Origin: Bacteroidales bacterium
Lineage (GTDB): Bacteria; Bacteroidota; Bacteroidia; Bacteroidales; UBA1402
Reading direction: 5' to 3'
DNA: 64,000 nucleotides
Assembly: GCA_028709215.1 (NCBI GenBank)
Contig: JAQVXI010000001.1
Location: 60,537 to 124,536 of the forward strand
Part shown: in pieces, positions 9,746 to 19,254 of the stretch
Numbering within the stretch: the first letter of the stretch is position 1
Layout: every line of letters begins with the position of its first letter
The notes under the pieces: generated by a model
What the model saw: the letters and a program-made list of their open reading frames with translations, nothing else
The model's database searches: none
What the model was told of the DNA's origin: nothing
Translations under genes and position numbers: made by a program

Positions 9746-11182
9746 ATGATGTTGGAAAAAGATCATCGGAAAGCCGATCGTATGCAATTGCTCCGGTATG
9801 CCGCAGTAGACAGCTTGTCTGCATGGGGAAGCTGGCAGTTGTTTAACGTGGTGCGTTTTTATGCGTTTAAAAGCACCACCGGATTTCAGCAGTTAAATCG
9901 TTTTTTGTGGAACGAAAAAGCGTTGACTGTCTCCGCATTGGTGGTCGTTTTCTGGTTAATTCTCTATACCCTTTCCGGTTATTACCACCAACCGCGTCGT
10001 AAAACCAATTTGGGTGATCTCCTTCAAACCTTTTTTACCACCCTTATTGGGAGTCTTTGCCTGTTTTTTCTCGTTTTAATCGATGATTATCCGGAGTCTC
10101 CTGAATTGTATTATTCAATCCTATTGAGCATCGCCGGCATTCACTTCGGTGTCACCTGGTTTTTCCGTCTCCTTCAAACCGCACCCATGGTTGTGCGACA
10201 GTCCAAAGGCTATTGCAACGTACCCGTGATGGTGATTGGTGCAGGTGCGGAGGCGGCGCGTTTAAAAGCCGATTTCAATCCAAATCAGAGCAACTCCATT
10301 TATAAACTGATCGGATTTATTCACCTCGAAGAAATCGAAACGACCTTGCCTGCCCATGAAGTATTGGGAGGACTGGACGATTTGCCGAGTCTGATCAAAA
10401 AACATCAGATAGAGGAACTGATACTAGCGACCGATCGAAGCCAACTTGCTTTAAACCAAACGCTGTTGAATCGTTTGTACCCGTTGAGACTTCCCGTAAA
10501 AGCCGTTGCTTCGACTCAGGATTTGCTCTCCGGAAAGGTCTCCTTGTTTTCACTTTTTGGTATACCGCTGGTTGGGTTGACGCCGGATCGTATGCCTTTC
10601 TGGCAGCAGCAGGTGAAACACTTACTGGACCGCATCTTGTCCGGATTTGCCCTCCTTTTGTTGTCTCCTTTGTTTGTGTATTTGATTGTACGCGTTCGCT
10701 TTGACTCCCCGGGTAGTGTTTGGTATTGTCAGCAGCGGTTGGGCCGGGATGGCAAACCGTTTAATATGTATAAATTTCGAACCATGCGGGAACAGGCAGA
10801 AGCGTTGGGACCTCAGCTTTCGTTTGTCAACGATCCGAGGGTGACGTCGTATGGACGATTTATGCGAAGGTATCGACTCGATGAATTGCCCCAGTTTTGG
10901 AATGTTCTTAAGGGTGATATGTCCTTGGTTGGACCCCGTCCCGAACGTCAATATTTTGTCGATCAGATCGTTAAGACCGCACCTCATTATTATTTGTTGC
11001 AGCAAGTAAAGCCCGGAATAACTTCTTGGGGTATGGTCAAGTATGGGTATGCCGGAACGGTTGAAGCGATGGTGCGGCGTTTGCAATACGATGTTTTGTA
11101 CTTGGAAAACCAAAGTTTGCTGATTGATTTGAAGATACTGGCATTTACTTTAAAACCACTTTTGACCGGTAAAGGGGTTTAA
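9746..11182 (+). CDS. Polyprenyl glycosylphosphotransferase (bacterial sugar transferase, WbaP/EpsB-like)
   Basis: 478-aa ORF. Several N-terminal TM segments. C-terminal sugar-transferase motif DELPQFWNVLKGDMSLVGPRP. Confidence 0.85.
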   Translation: MMLEKDHRKADRMQLLRYAAVDSLSAWGSWQLFNVVRFYAFKSTTGFQQLNRFLWNEKALTVSALVVVFWLILYTLSGYYHQPRRKTNLGDLLQTFFTTLIGSLCLFFLVLIDDYPESPELYYSILLSIAGIHFGVTWFFRLLQTAPMVVRQSKGYCNVPVMVIGAGAEAARLKADFNPNQSNSIYKLIGFIHLEEIETTLPAHEVLGGLDDLPSLIKKHQIEELILATDRSQLALNQTLLNRLYPLRLPVKAVASTQDLLSGKVSLFSLFGIPLVGLTPDRMPFWQQQVKHLLDRILSGFALLLLSPLFVYLIVRVRFDSPGSVWYCQQRLGRDGKPFNMYKFRTMREQAEALGPQLSFVNDPRVTSYGRFMRRYRLDELPQFWNVLKGDMSLVGPRPERQYFVDQIVKTAPHYYLLQQVKPGITSWGMVKYGYAGTVEAMVRRLQYDVLYLENQSLLIDLKILAFTLKPLLTGKGV

Positions 11183-11252
11183 AGGGGGTTTTTCATTTGG
11201 AACAAAGTAAAAAAATGTTGTTCTTTGCCGACAGCTAATTATTGTAGGTGTT

Positions 11253-13031
11253 ATGAATAGAGAAGATCGCTATCTGGCTTTGATCCATTGGCGAGAAAAG
11301 CATATCAAAGAATCCAATTTTGTACTGATCCTAAGTTTTGTTGTAGGTATTCTTACATCATTGGCTGCGTTGCTGCTAAAAAAACTGATTCATTTGGTCG
11401 AGCACGTTCTGACATCCACTTTTTCTGTAAGTGAAGCGAATTATTTGTATTTGGTGTATCCGGCGATCGGTATTTTTCTAACGTTGTTGTATGTACGATA
11501 TGTTGTGAAAGACGACATTGGACACGGTGTGACAAAAATTCTATACGCCATATCCAGAAGACAGGGCCGAATCAAACGGCATAATACTTGGACTTCGTTG
11601 ATTGCCAGTTCGTTGACGATAGGTATGGGCGGTTCGGTTGGAGCAGAGGCACCCATCGTTCTGACCGGTTCTGCCATTGGCTCCAATCTGGGCAGTTTTT
11701 TTAAGATGAACCACAAAACACTGATGCTACTCATTGGTTGTGGTGCTGCCGGTGCCATTTCGGGCATTTTTAAAGCGCCCATTGCAGGCATGTTGTTTAC
11801 GATTGAGGTGTTGATGCTGGATTTGACTGCGGCATCGGTTATGCCGCTACTGATTGCTTCTGTTACAGCGGCATCGTTGTCTTATTTTATTACCGGAAGT
11901 GATGCGATGTTCCATTTTGCCATGGAGGGAGCATTTGATATGCACCGAATCCCTTGGGTGATCGTGCTTGGCGTTGCCTGTGGATTGGTGTCACTCTACC
12001 TTGTACGAGGGATGAATCTGGTGGAAGGTTGGTATAAGCGCATGAAAAATGTGTGGATTAAGTGGGGCAGCGGGGCGGTCATTCTGGGTTTGTTGATTTT
12101 TCTTTTTCCTCCTTTATACGGCGAAGGCTACACGTCTATAACCGCATTGATCAACGGAAGTCCCGAGCAACTGGCGCAGGGTAGTATTTTCTATATGTTT
12201 AAGGATAATCTTTGGTTGATGATTCTGTACGTCTCCCTCATTGTCCTGTTTAAAATTGTAGCCACCGCTTCGACCAATGGTTCGGGTGGCGTTGGGGGAG
12301 TCTTTGCTCCCAGCTTGTTTGTGGGAAGTTTGACCGGTTTTGTCGTTGCCACGTTGATCAATATGACGGGCATTTATCCCGTTTCAGCGGAAAATTTTGC
12401 CTTGATGGGCATGGCCGGACTGATGTCAGCCGTGATGCATGCACCACTTACGGGCGTCTTTCTCATTGCCGAATTGACGGGAGGCTACGAATTGTTTTTG
12501 CCTTTGTTGATTGTTTCGGGAATGTCGTATCTGACGATTTATTTGTTTGAAGAGCACAGTATTTATTCCATGCGACTCGCACAGAAAGGGGAGCTTCTGA
12601 CACATCACAAGGATAAGGCTGTTTTGACGTTGATGAAAGTGGAGAATGTAATCGAGAAGGATTTTGATGTGGTCCGTCCGGAAATGCCCTTGGGTGAACT
12701 GGTGAAGGTGATTTCTACTGCCAAACGGAATATTTTTCCGGTGGTAGACGAGCAAGGTGTCATGCAGGGCATCGTCTTATTGGATGATATCCGAAACATT
12801 ATGTTCCGAACCGAGTTGTATACTCGATTCCGGGTTGCAAAGCTTATGATCTCTCCGCCGGCCATGATCTCTGTTCAGGATACCATGGAAAAAGTAATGA
12901 AGGTGTTTGATGATACAAATGCATGGAACTTACCGGTGGTGGACGAATCCAATCGTTACATCGGTTTTGTTTCCAAGTCCAAGATTTTTAATACCTACCG
13001 ACAGGTGTTGGTGCACTTTTCGGATGAATAG
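11253..13031 (+). CDS. ClC-family chloride channel/antiporter with C-terminal CBS pair
   Basis: 592-aa polytopic ORF. ClC-like motifs GSVGAEAP, GIFKAPIAG, GVFAPSLF. The C-terminal ~140 aa look like two CBS repeats. Confidence 0.85.
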   Translation: MNREDRYLALIHWREKHIKESNFVLILSFVVGILTSLAALLLKKLIHLVEHVLTSTFSVSEANYLYLVYPAIGIFLTLLYVRYVVKDDIGHGVTKILYAISRRQGRIKRHNTWTSLIASSLTIGMGGSVGAEAPIVLTGSAIGSNLGSFFKMNHKTLMLLIGCGAAGAISGIFKAPIAGMLFTIEVLMLDLTAASVMPLLIASVTAASLSYFITGSDAMFHFAMEGAFDMHRIPWVIVLGVACGLVSLYLVRGMNLVEGWYKRMKNVWIKWGSGAVILGLLIFLFPPLYGEGYTSITALINGSPEQLAQGSIFYMFKDNLWLMILYVSLIVLFKIVATASTNGSGGVGGVFAPSLFVGSLTGFVVATLINMTGIYPVSAENFALMGMAGLMSAVMHAPLTGVFLIAELTGGYELFLPLLIVSGMSYLTIYLFEEHSIYSMRLAQKGELLTHHKDKAVLTLMKVENVIEKDFDVVRPEMPLGELVKVISTAKRNIFPVVDEQGVMQGIVLLDDIRNIMFRTELYTRFRVAKLMISPPAMISVQDTMEKVMKVFDDTNAWNLPVVDESNRYIGFVSKSKIFNTYRQVLVHFSDE

Positions 13032-13811
13032 TTAGTCAACCATGTTTACGTTGATTTGACCAATGCCTCCATTGATGTCGATATACAAGGTTGAGGCCGT
13101 TTTTCCATACAAATCATTGGTATACGTGCGTCCGTTGCGATTAAAAAACGGAATGTTGATTTCTCCCAGCAGACCGGAAACCGTAATGCGTACCCCGGTT
13201 TCGTACGGTACCAATACATTGAGCTCACCCACACCTCCTTTGATGGTCGCGTGTAAATCATTGTCCCATTTGCCTGATACGTCAAGATGAGCGGATCCTG
13301 TCATTAGTTGCATGTTTATTTCGGGAATGGATGAGTTGCTTAAATTGACGTGGGCTTCCCCGGCCATCATTCGGAATGCAAAGTGTTTTAATTGAGAGGA
13401 AGCCAGATCCAAACGTGCCGTTCCGGCTTTTAGGTTGACAGACAGTTGATGGGTCTGCTTGCCATTTAAGGATATATACCATTTATTATCTTTCCCCAGG
13501 CGATCCAATTCCTTGTTGCGTATCGATTCGGATTGGATGCTTGCGTAGCCCGTTTCTCCTTGTTCGTGGTAAGTCATGATGGGCTTGATGTAATCGGCCT
13601 TATATCCGTAATGGCAAACGGCAACCGCTTCTTCTTCCGTTGCATTCACAAACAATTCACCGGCAAAAAAATCCAAGTCGGTTTTGTACGAATGGGCCTT
13701 TTCTGACTGAATGGTTTGTTTCAGGTAGCTTTTCGTCTGTGCCATGGAGTGTTGCAAAGACTGTACACTTATGAATAGGAGGATGAGCGCACCGAGTAGA
13801 ATTTGTTTCAT
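13032..13811 (-). CDS. Secreted protein of unknown function with a repetitive beta-strand ('toast-rack'/DUF2154-DUF4097-like) C-terminal half
   Basis: 259-aa ORF. Signal peptide MKQILLGALILLFISVQSLQHSMA. Periodic strands AHVNLS / AHLDVSG / GELNVLVP / GEINIP / GQINVNM. The family assignment is from memory only. Its stop codon abuts the ClC stop with zero spacer. Confidence 0.45.
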   Translation of the reverse strand: MKQILLGALILLFISVQSLQHSMAQTKSYLKQTIQSEKAHSYKTDLDFFAGELFVNATEEEAVAVCHYGYKADYIKPIMTYHEQGETGYASIQSESIRNKELDRLGKDNKWYISLNGKQTHQLSVNLKAGTARLDLASSQLKHFAFRMMAGEAHVNLSNSSIPEINMQLMTGSAHLDVSGKWDNDLHATIKGGVGELNVLVPYETGVRITVSGLLGEINIPFFNRNGRTYTNDLYGKTASTLYIDINGGIGQINVNMVD

Positions 13812-13919
13812 GTGGTCTTTGATGTAATGTGTTTCTTATTGAGAAGACGAATGCCGAGCTTAATTGTTACAGACTCGGTAAGTTTTTTGTACTTTAGCAG
13901 TCTTTTTAACGTTTAGTCT

Positions 13920-14885
13920 ATGGAACAAGCAGCGATTCGAATTGTGTATATGGGGACCCCTGAGTTTGCGGTTGAGCCGCTGAAGGCCTTGGTGCAAGGT
14001 GGCTTCAGGGTTGTGGCCGTGGTTACCATGCCGGATAAGCCGGCAGGCCGAGGCATGAAAATGCAGGCTTCTCCTGTCAAAAATTTCGCCTTAGAACATT
14101 CCATACCGGTTTTGCAACCGGAAAAACTGAAGGATCCCGCCTTTATAATGAATCTGCGCGCTTATCAGGCAGATTTGCAGATTGTTGTTGCGTTTCGGAT
14201 GTTGCCCGAGGTCGTCTGGAATATGCCGCCAATGGGCACATTCAATTTGCATGCATCACTACTGCCGGCTTATCGTGGGGCAGCGCCCATTCATTGGGCA
14301 GTGATCAACGGTGAACGAAGGACGGGGGCAACCACTTTTTTTCTACAGCACGAGATCGATACGGGCGATGTGCTTTTGCAGCGTTCCATTGAGATCGCTC
14401 CGCAAGAATCTACGGGGGAGGTGCACAATCGACTCATGCAGTTGGGTGCCGATTTGGTCGTAGAAACGGTCACGGGATTGATTCAAGGAAGTCTAAAACC
14501 GACACCACAAAGAGAATTGCATGATGGGGTTGTCACTTTTGCCCCAAAGCTGTTTCGCGAAAATACGAGAATCGATTGGCAAAAACCGGTTTCTGCGATC
14601 TTTAATTTTGTCCGTGGTTTGTGTCCGTATCCCGCTGCATGGACCGAGTGGCACGTCTCAGACGGCAAGGTTCTTTTTGTGAAAATCCTTGAAGTTGAAG
14701 TGGTAGAGGCGGTCTGTACCCAATCCATTGGACGCATTCAGACGGATGGCAAGCAATTTTTTCGCATCGCCTGCGCTGATGGTTGGGTTTATTTAAAACG
14801 CATTCAAGTACCGGGAAAGAAAGTGATGTCGATTGAAGATTATCTTCGTGGAAACAGTCCGGATACGAACGGACTGTTTTGTTGA
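13920..14885 (+). CDS. fmt: Methionyl-tRNA formyltransferase
   Basis: 321-aa ORF. IVYMGTPEFAV start and HASLLPAYRGAAPI motif. Confidence 0.9.
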   Translation: MEQAAIRIVYMGTPEFAVEPLKALVQGGFRVVAVVTMPDKPAGRGMKMQASPVKNFALEHSIPVLQPEKLKDPAFIMNLRAYQADLQIVVAFRMLPEVVWNMPPMGTFNLHASLLPAYRGAAPIHWAVINGERRTGATTFFLQHEIDTGDVLLQRSIEIAPQESTGEVHNRLMQLGADLVVETVTGLIQGSLKPTPQRELHDGVVTFAPKLFRENTRIDWQKPVSAIFNFVRGLCPYPAAWTEWHVSDGKVLFVKILEVEVVEAVCTQSIGRIQTDGKQFFRIACADGWVYLKRIQVPGKKVMSIEDYLRGNSPDTNGLFC

Positions 14886-15004
14886 GTCGTCCTTTTTTGA
14901 TGAAATGTTTGGTAATTACAAGAAAATACGTTTAATTTGCGACGTAACCCCTAAATCTATTTGCCTATCGATTGAGATCTACGCTGAGCCTAAACACAAA
15001 AGCA

Positions 15005-15598
15005 ATGGACAAATTGAAATCGATGACGGACGAAGTTCTCATCCGTACGTTTGCAAATGGAGACAATCAAGCATTTGATATTTTATTGAACCGACACAAA
15101 AATCGGGTCTTTACGTATATATTGTTGGTGGTACGCAACCGCGATCTGGCAGAGGATATCTTTCAGGAAGCTTTCATGAAGGTGATTGTAACCCTCAAGG
15201 AGGGCCGTTATACCGAAAATGGAAAGTTTTATGCCTTTGTGACGCGCATCGCGCACAATCTGATTATTGATCACTATCGACGGGAACGCAACGAAAATAC
15301 CATAAGCAACGATGCTTTTACGGATGTCGATCTGTTTAATAACGCGAAATTGAGTGATGAGACCATCGTGGACCACATGGTGCGTAATCAGGTACACATG
15401 GATGTGCGCAATTTGATGCAGCACTTGCCTGAGAACCAATTGGAGGTTGTTCGTATGCGGTTTTACGAGGATCTAAGTTTTAAGGAAATCGCCGATCGTA
15501 CCGGCGTAAGCATCAATACCGCTTTGGGCCGTATGCGTTATGCCTTACTGAACATGCGACGCATGGCTCAGGAGAATCATTTGTCACTTGTGTACTAA
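15005..15598 (+). CDS. ECF-type sigma-70 family RNA polymerase sigma factor
   Basis: The ORF-track ORF is 14972-15598. I prefer the internal ATG at 15005 (MDKLKSMTDEV..., 197 aa) on size grounds. Region 2 (EDIFQEAFMKV...HNLIIDHYRR) and region 4 HTH (LSFKEIADRTGVSINTALGRMRYAL). Confidence 0.85.
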   Translation: MDKLKSMTDEVLIRTFANGDNQAFDILLNRHKNRVFTYILLVVRNRDLAEDIFQEAFMKVIVTLKEGRYTENGKFYAFVTRIAHNLIIDHYRRERNENTISNDAFTDVDLFNNAKLSDETIVDHMVRNQVHMDVRNLMQHLPENQLEVVRMRFYEDLSFKEIADRTGVSINTALGRMRYALLNMRRMAQENHLSLVY

Positions 15599-15696
15599 CT
15601 CTTTGAATAAAAGGCATTTTTTTTAAAAAAATAATCACTTGTTTGCATACGATAAAACGGAGTTTTTCGTTTTATCTATGAACGCAAGAAAAAATA

Positions 15697-15864
15697 ATGC
15701 CTATGCCTCAAGATTCTACTCCATCCAATTCGTCTCCTCGAACCGTTAAGAAGTTTATGGCTCGGCCCTCTGAGGATACGGTCGCTTTTCTTATGCAGTT
15801 TGCACGCGCGTACGTCCCCAAAAAACAAACAAGGATCGACAAAGAGAAAACTCATTTAAATTAG
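15697..15864 (+). CDS. Possible small ORF (55 aa) downstream of the ECF sigma gene
   Basis: Hand translation: MPMPQDSTPSNSSPRTVKKFMARPSEDTVAFLMQFARAYVPKKQTRIDKEKTHLN. It is below the ORF-track cutoff, fills an otherwise empty 300-nt gap, and has no recognisable domain or TM segment. Confidence 0.25.
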   Translation: MPMPQDSTPSNSSPRTVKKFMARPSEDTVAFLMQFARAYVPKKQTRIDKEKTHLN

Positions 15865-15875
15865 CCTTTTTTTGT

Positions 15876-15883
15876 TACCTTTG
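15876..15883 (+). promoter_or_regulatory. -7 promoter motif TACCTTTG upstream of rpe
   Basis: Exact TAnnTTTG match ending 19 nt before ATG 15903. Confidence 0.45.
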
Positions 15884-15902
15884 TGTGTAAACAACATAGG
15901 TT

Positions 15903-16553
15903 ATGAAACGAGTTGCTCCTTCTTTGCTGGCTGCAGATTTTTGTCACCTGCATCGTGATCTGGTCATGATTAATGAGAGTCAGGCCGACTGGTTGCATCT
16001 GGATGTAATGGACGGTGTTTTTGTCCCAAATATATCGTTTGGTTTCCCCGTTTTGGAGCACGTTGCGAAGGTGTGTACCAAACCCTTGGATGTGCATTTG
16101 ATGATTGTTGAACCACAGAAGTTTATTCCGGAAGTAAAGGCCTTGGGAGCGCATGTAATGAATGTACACTACGAAGCCTGTATGCATCTGGATCGTACGG
16201 TTCACGCCATTAAACAGCAGGATATGTTGGCTGGTGTAACGCTCAATCCACATACCTCCGTTTCGTTTTTGGATGACATTCTTCCGGAGTTGGATCTGGT
16301 TCTGTTGATGTCTGTCAATCCGGGTTTTGGTGGACAGACGTTTATTGAGAATACGTATCGTCGCATTGATCAACTACGCAATTTGATTGAAAAGCGCAAC
16401 AGCAAAGCCTTGATTCAGGTCGATGGAGGTGTTACGGATGAGAATGCTGCGAAACTGTATGCGACCGGCGCCGATGTTTTAGTCGCTGGAAGTTACGTGT
16501 TTAAGTCGTCTGACCCCAAAAATGCAATCCTTCGATTGAAAACAATATCGTAA
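15903..16553 (+). CDS. rpe: Ribulose-phosphate 3-epimerase
   Basis: 216-aa ORF. Motifs PSLLAADF, HLDVMDGVFVPNISFG, MSVNPGFGGQ, VDGGV. Confidence 0.92.
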   Translation: MKRVAPSLLAADFCHLHRDLVMINESQADWLHLDVMDGVFVPNISFGFPVLEHVAKVCTKPLDVHLMIVEPQKFIPEVKALGAHVMNVHYEACMHLDRTVHAIKQQDMLAGVTLNPHTSVSFLDDILPELDLVLLMSVNPGFGGQTFIENTYRRIDQLRNLIEKRNSKALIQVDGGVTDENAAKLYATGADVLVAGSYVFKSSDPKNAILRLKTIS

Positions 16554-16578
16554 TCATAAGAAAACAAAATAAAAAGGG

Positions 16579-16586
16579 TATATTTG
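16579..16586 (+). promoter_or_regulatory. -7 promoter motif TATATTTG upstream of the ComEC-like gene
   Basis: Exact TAnnTTTG match ending 14 nt before ATG 16601. Confidence 0.4.
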
Positions 16587-16600
16587 CATAAAAAGCATAT

Positions 16601-18178
16601 ATGTCCTTTTCGTCGTTGCGTACAATTCTTATTCCATTGACGGCCTACGTTGCGGGATATGTTCTATCTCCGGCTACGTTGCATGTTGTCCTGTCCTTCG
16701 TGGGTTTGGCGGTAGGTGGTGTGGTGTATTGGCTTTTTTTTGTGAAGCATTTATCAAATGTTTGGTCGGTTCGTTTTTTGCCTGGTTTTTCCTTTTTCCT
16801 TTTTTGGGTTGCCATGGGAATGGCTGCCTCCATCGTAGATGGTCTGCGATTAAAGCGTCCAGTGGGTGATCAGGTGTCTGATGTCACGGTTGAAATATTG
16901 GATCAGCCCCAACGCAAAACGAAGTCCATGCAGACTCGCCTGATTATACGGAGTGAGTCTTCCGGAAAATGGAATGGAAAAAAGGTGATGTCGTATTGGC
17001 CGGTTGCCTATGAAAAAGATGCGTCCTTTAAGATGGGAACACGCTGGACGATTTCATTTTCTTGTCTGAGTGATGCTCCTATGGACTGGTTGCATCGGGA
17101 GTCTTGTTGTGCTACTGTCTGGGTCGATGCCCGAACGTCGAAGTGTGTTCGATTGCCCTCGTGTTGGAATATTCGTGCACGCGCAGCGTCAATTCAAGCG
17201 GATTTGCTGGATCGTTATCAGTCGATGGGGTTGGAGGATTTATCCGTTGATTTGGTTGCTGCGATGTGTTTGGGCGATAAGAAAACATTGGATGTGGAAA
17301 CAAGGCAGCATTTTTCCGCTACCGGTCTGGCGCATCTCCTGGCGGTTAGTGGTATGCATGTGGGTTTGTTGTTTGCCTTGCTTCAGTTTTTTATGCGTCC
17401 GTTTGCCGTAGGAAGTATCTATTGGAAAGCAGGAATCGTGCTTTCAATCTTATTGTTGCTGATGTATGCACTGGTTACCGGATTGAGTGCTTCGGTATGC
17501 CGATCGGTGCTTATGTTTGTTCTTGTCCTGTTTGGCCAATTGTATCGGCATCGGAATGCGTCTGTTTATACCGTTTTGTTATCGGCATTTATTCTGCTTC
17601 TGTGGCATCCGGGGTTTTTATACGATTTGGGTTTTCAATTGAGCTATATTGCCGTACTGGGTATTTTGTTGGGGCAAAAAAGACTACTGGAGCTTTTTGA
17701 ACAACGATTTCATATTCCATCCCCCATTGCATCCGTTCTTTGTATTTCTTTGTTGGCCCAATTGGCTACATCACCGTTGACCGTTTACTATTTTCACCAG
17801 TTTCCCCGCTGGTTTCTATTGAGTAATCTATTGATGGCCCCACTTGCTGCATTGTTGTTGTATTCGGGCGTTTTTGCCTTGCTTTTGGCCGATATTCCTT
17901 TTTTGAGTGTATTCAGCGCTTATCTGTTAAATCTCATCTGTAAAAGTATGCTGGGACTGACTGCATGGATGTCCGACTGGCCGGGAGCCTTGTTGATTCT
18001 GAAACCCTTTTCACAGGGATGGATCTATTTATTTTATGTATTGTTTGGATTGATGCTCAATTTGTGGTATCGAAAACGTTGGACGGGACTCTTGCTCGTC
18101 TTACTGACCCTTGTTTTGATGCAAATTATCTATTTAATGGATAAATTTCAAATTTCTAACATTTTTACGGCCTTGTGA
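16601..18178 (+). CDS. ComEC/Rec2-family membrane protein (Competence domain; no metallo-beta-lactamase domain seen)
   Basis: 525-aa polytopic ORF. Competence-domain motif TGLAHLLAVSGMHVG. No HxHxDH motif is present. Confidence 0.75.
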   Translation: MSFSSLRTILIPLTAYVAGYVLSPATLHVVLSFVGLAVGGVVYWLFFVKHLSNVWSVRFLPGFSFFLFWVAMGMAASIVDGLRLKRPVGDQVSDVTVEILDQPQRKTKSMQTRLIIRSESSGKWNGKKVMSYWPVAYEKDASFKMGTRWTISFSCLSDAPMDWLHRESCCATVWVDARTSKCVRLPSCWNIRARAASIQADLLDRYQSMGLEDLSVDLVAAMCLGDKKTLDVETRQHFSATGLAHLLAVSGMHVGLLFALLQFFMRPFAVGSIYWKAGIVLSILLLLMYALVTGLSASVCRSVLMFVLVLFGQLYRHRNASVYTVLLSAFILLLWHPGFLYDLGFQLSYIAVLGILLGQKRLLELFEQRFHIPSPIASVLCISLLAQLATSPLTVYYFHQFPRWFLLSNLLMAPLAALLLYSGVFALLLADIPFLSVFSAYLLNLICKSMLGLTAWMSDWPGALLILKPFSQGWIYLFYVLFGLMLNLWYRKRWTGLLLVLLTLVLMQIIYLMDKFQISNIFTAL

Positions 18179-18217
18179 GATGCTATGAAAACAGTATCTT
18201 TGCAAAAAAACATACGT

Positions 18218-19234
18218 ATGCTAAGCAAGGTCATTGACGAAGCGTTGGTACAAAAGGCAAAACACATACTGAATCATGCCAAACACCCTGTGCTGATTTC
18301 CCATATGGGTCCTGATGGAGATGCGATGGGATCCAGTCTGGGCTTGGCTGACTTTTTGAGGGAGCAGGGCAAGCAGGTTCAGGTCTTATATCCGGATGCA
18401 CCTCCGGCTTTTTTGAATTGGATGCCCGGAGTGGAGTCAGCCATTCATTTTACCCATTCACCGGAAGCTTGTATTGCTGCCATTGAAGCAGCGGATGCCT
18501 TGGTTTTATTGGATTTTAATACCTCCAAACGTATGGCCGGATTGGCCCCGTATGTGTTGGAGTCTCGTGCCAAAAAGATCTTGATCGATCACCATCCGGG
18601 TCCGGATGATTTTGCCGATGTCATCCTATCTTACCCCAACATCTCGTCAACCAGTGAATTGGTGTTTCGTTATATCTGCAGAGCCGGTTGTTTTGATGAA
18701 ATGTCTTTGTCTACAGCAGAATGTTTGTATACGGGAATGATGACCGACACAGGGGCGTTTACGTATAACTCCAACGGTGAAGAAATTTACTTTATTATTT
18801 CACAGTTGATTCGTAAAGGGGTTAAAAAAGATAGGATTTACGATCGGGTCTTCAATACCTATTCTGCGGATCGTATGCGTTTGATGGGATTTGTATTGCA
18901 CAGTCGCATGCGCATTTTGGATGCTTGTCATTCAGCCATCATCCACCTATCGACGGATGATCTGAAGGGTTTTGACTACCAGGTAGGCGATACCGAGGGC
19001 TTTGTAAACTTACCGTTGAGTATTTCAGGCATCTATATATCGATTTTTGCCCGTCAGGAAGAAAACCGCATTCGTCTATCCTTTCGTTCAAAAGGTTCGT
19101 ATCCGGTCAATCAATTGGCTGCCGAACTTTTTGGTGGTGGTGGACACGTCAATGCAGCCGGAGCAGAGTTCTCTGGATCGATGGAAGAGGCCATTGCACG
19201 CATTGAAGCGGCTTTGCCGGATTATCTTGTTTAG
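18218..19234 (+). CDS. nrnA: DHH/DHHA1 phosphoesterase (NrnA-like oligoribonuclease / pAp phosphatase)
   Basis: The ORF-track ORF starts at 18185. A TATCTTTG -7 motif at 18195-18202 lies inside that extension, so I prefer ATG 18218 (MLSKVIDEAL...). Motifs GPDGDAMGSSLGL, IDHHPG, GGGGHVNAAGA. Confidence 0.8.
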   Translation: MLSKVIDEALVQKAKHILNHAKHPVLISHMGPDGDAMGSSLGLADFLREQGKQVQVLYPDAPPAFLNWMPGVESAIHFTHSPEACIAAIEAADALVLLDFNTSKRMAGLAPYVLESRAKKILIDHHPGPDDFADVILSYPNISSTSELVFRYICRAGCFDEMSLSTAECLYTGMMTDTGAFTYNSNGEEIYFIISQLIRKGVKKDRIYDRVFNTYSADRMRLMGFVLHSRMRILDACHSAIIHLSTDDLKGFDYQVGDTEGFVNLPLSISGIYISIFARQEENRIRLSFRSKGSYPVNQLAAELFGGGGHVNAAGAEFSGSMEEAIARIEAALPDYLV

Positions 19235-19254
19235 AAATTAATGATTCGAAGAAT

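Noticed and set aside
10622-11113. 163-aa ORF antisense to the sugar transferase gene
   Set aside because: Shadow ORF opposite the conserved C-terminal sugar-transferase domain.
15861-16373. 170-aa ORF antisense to rpe
   Set aside because: It lies wholly inside the strongly supported rpe gene on the opposite strand and has no motifs.
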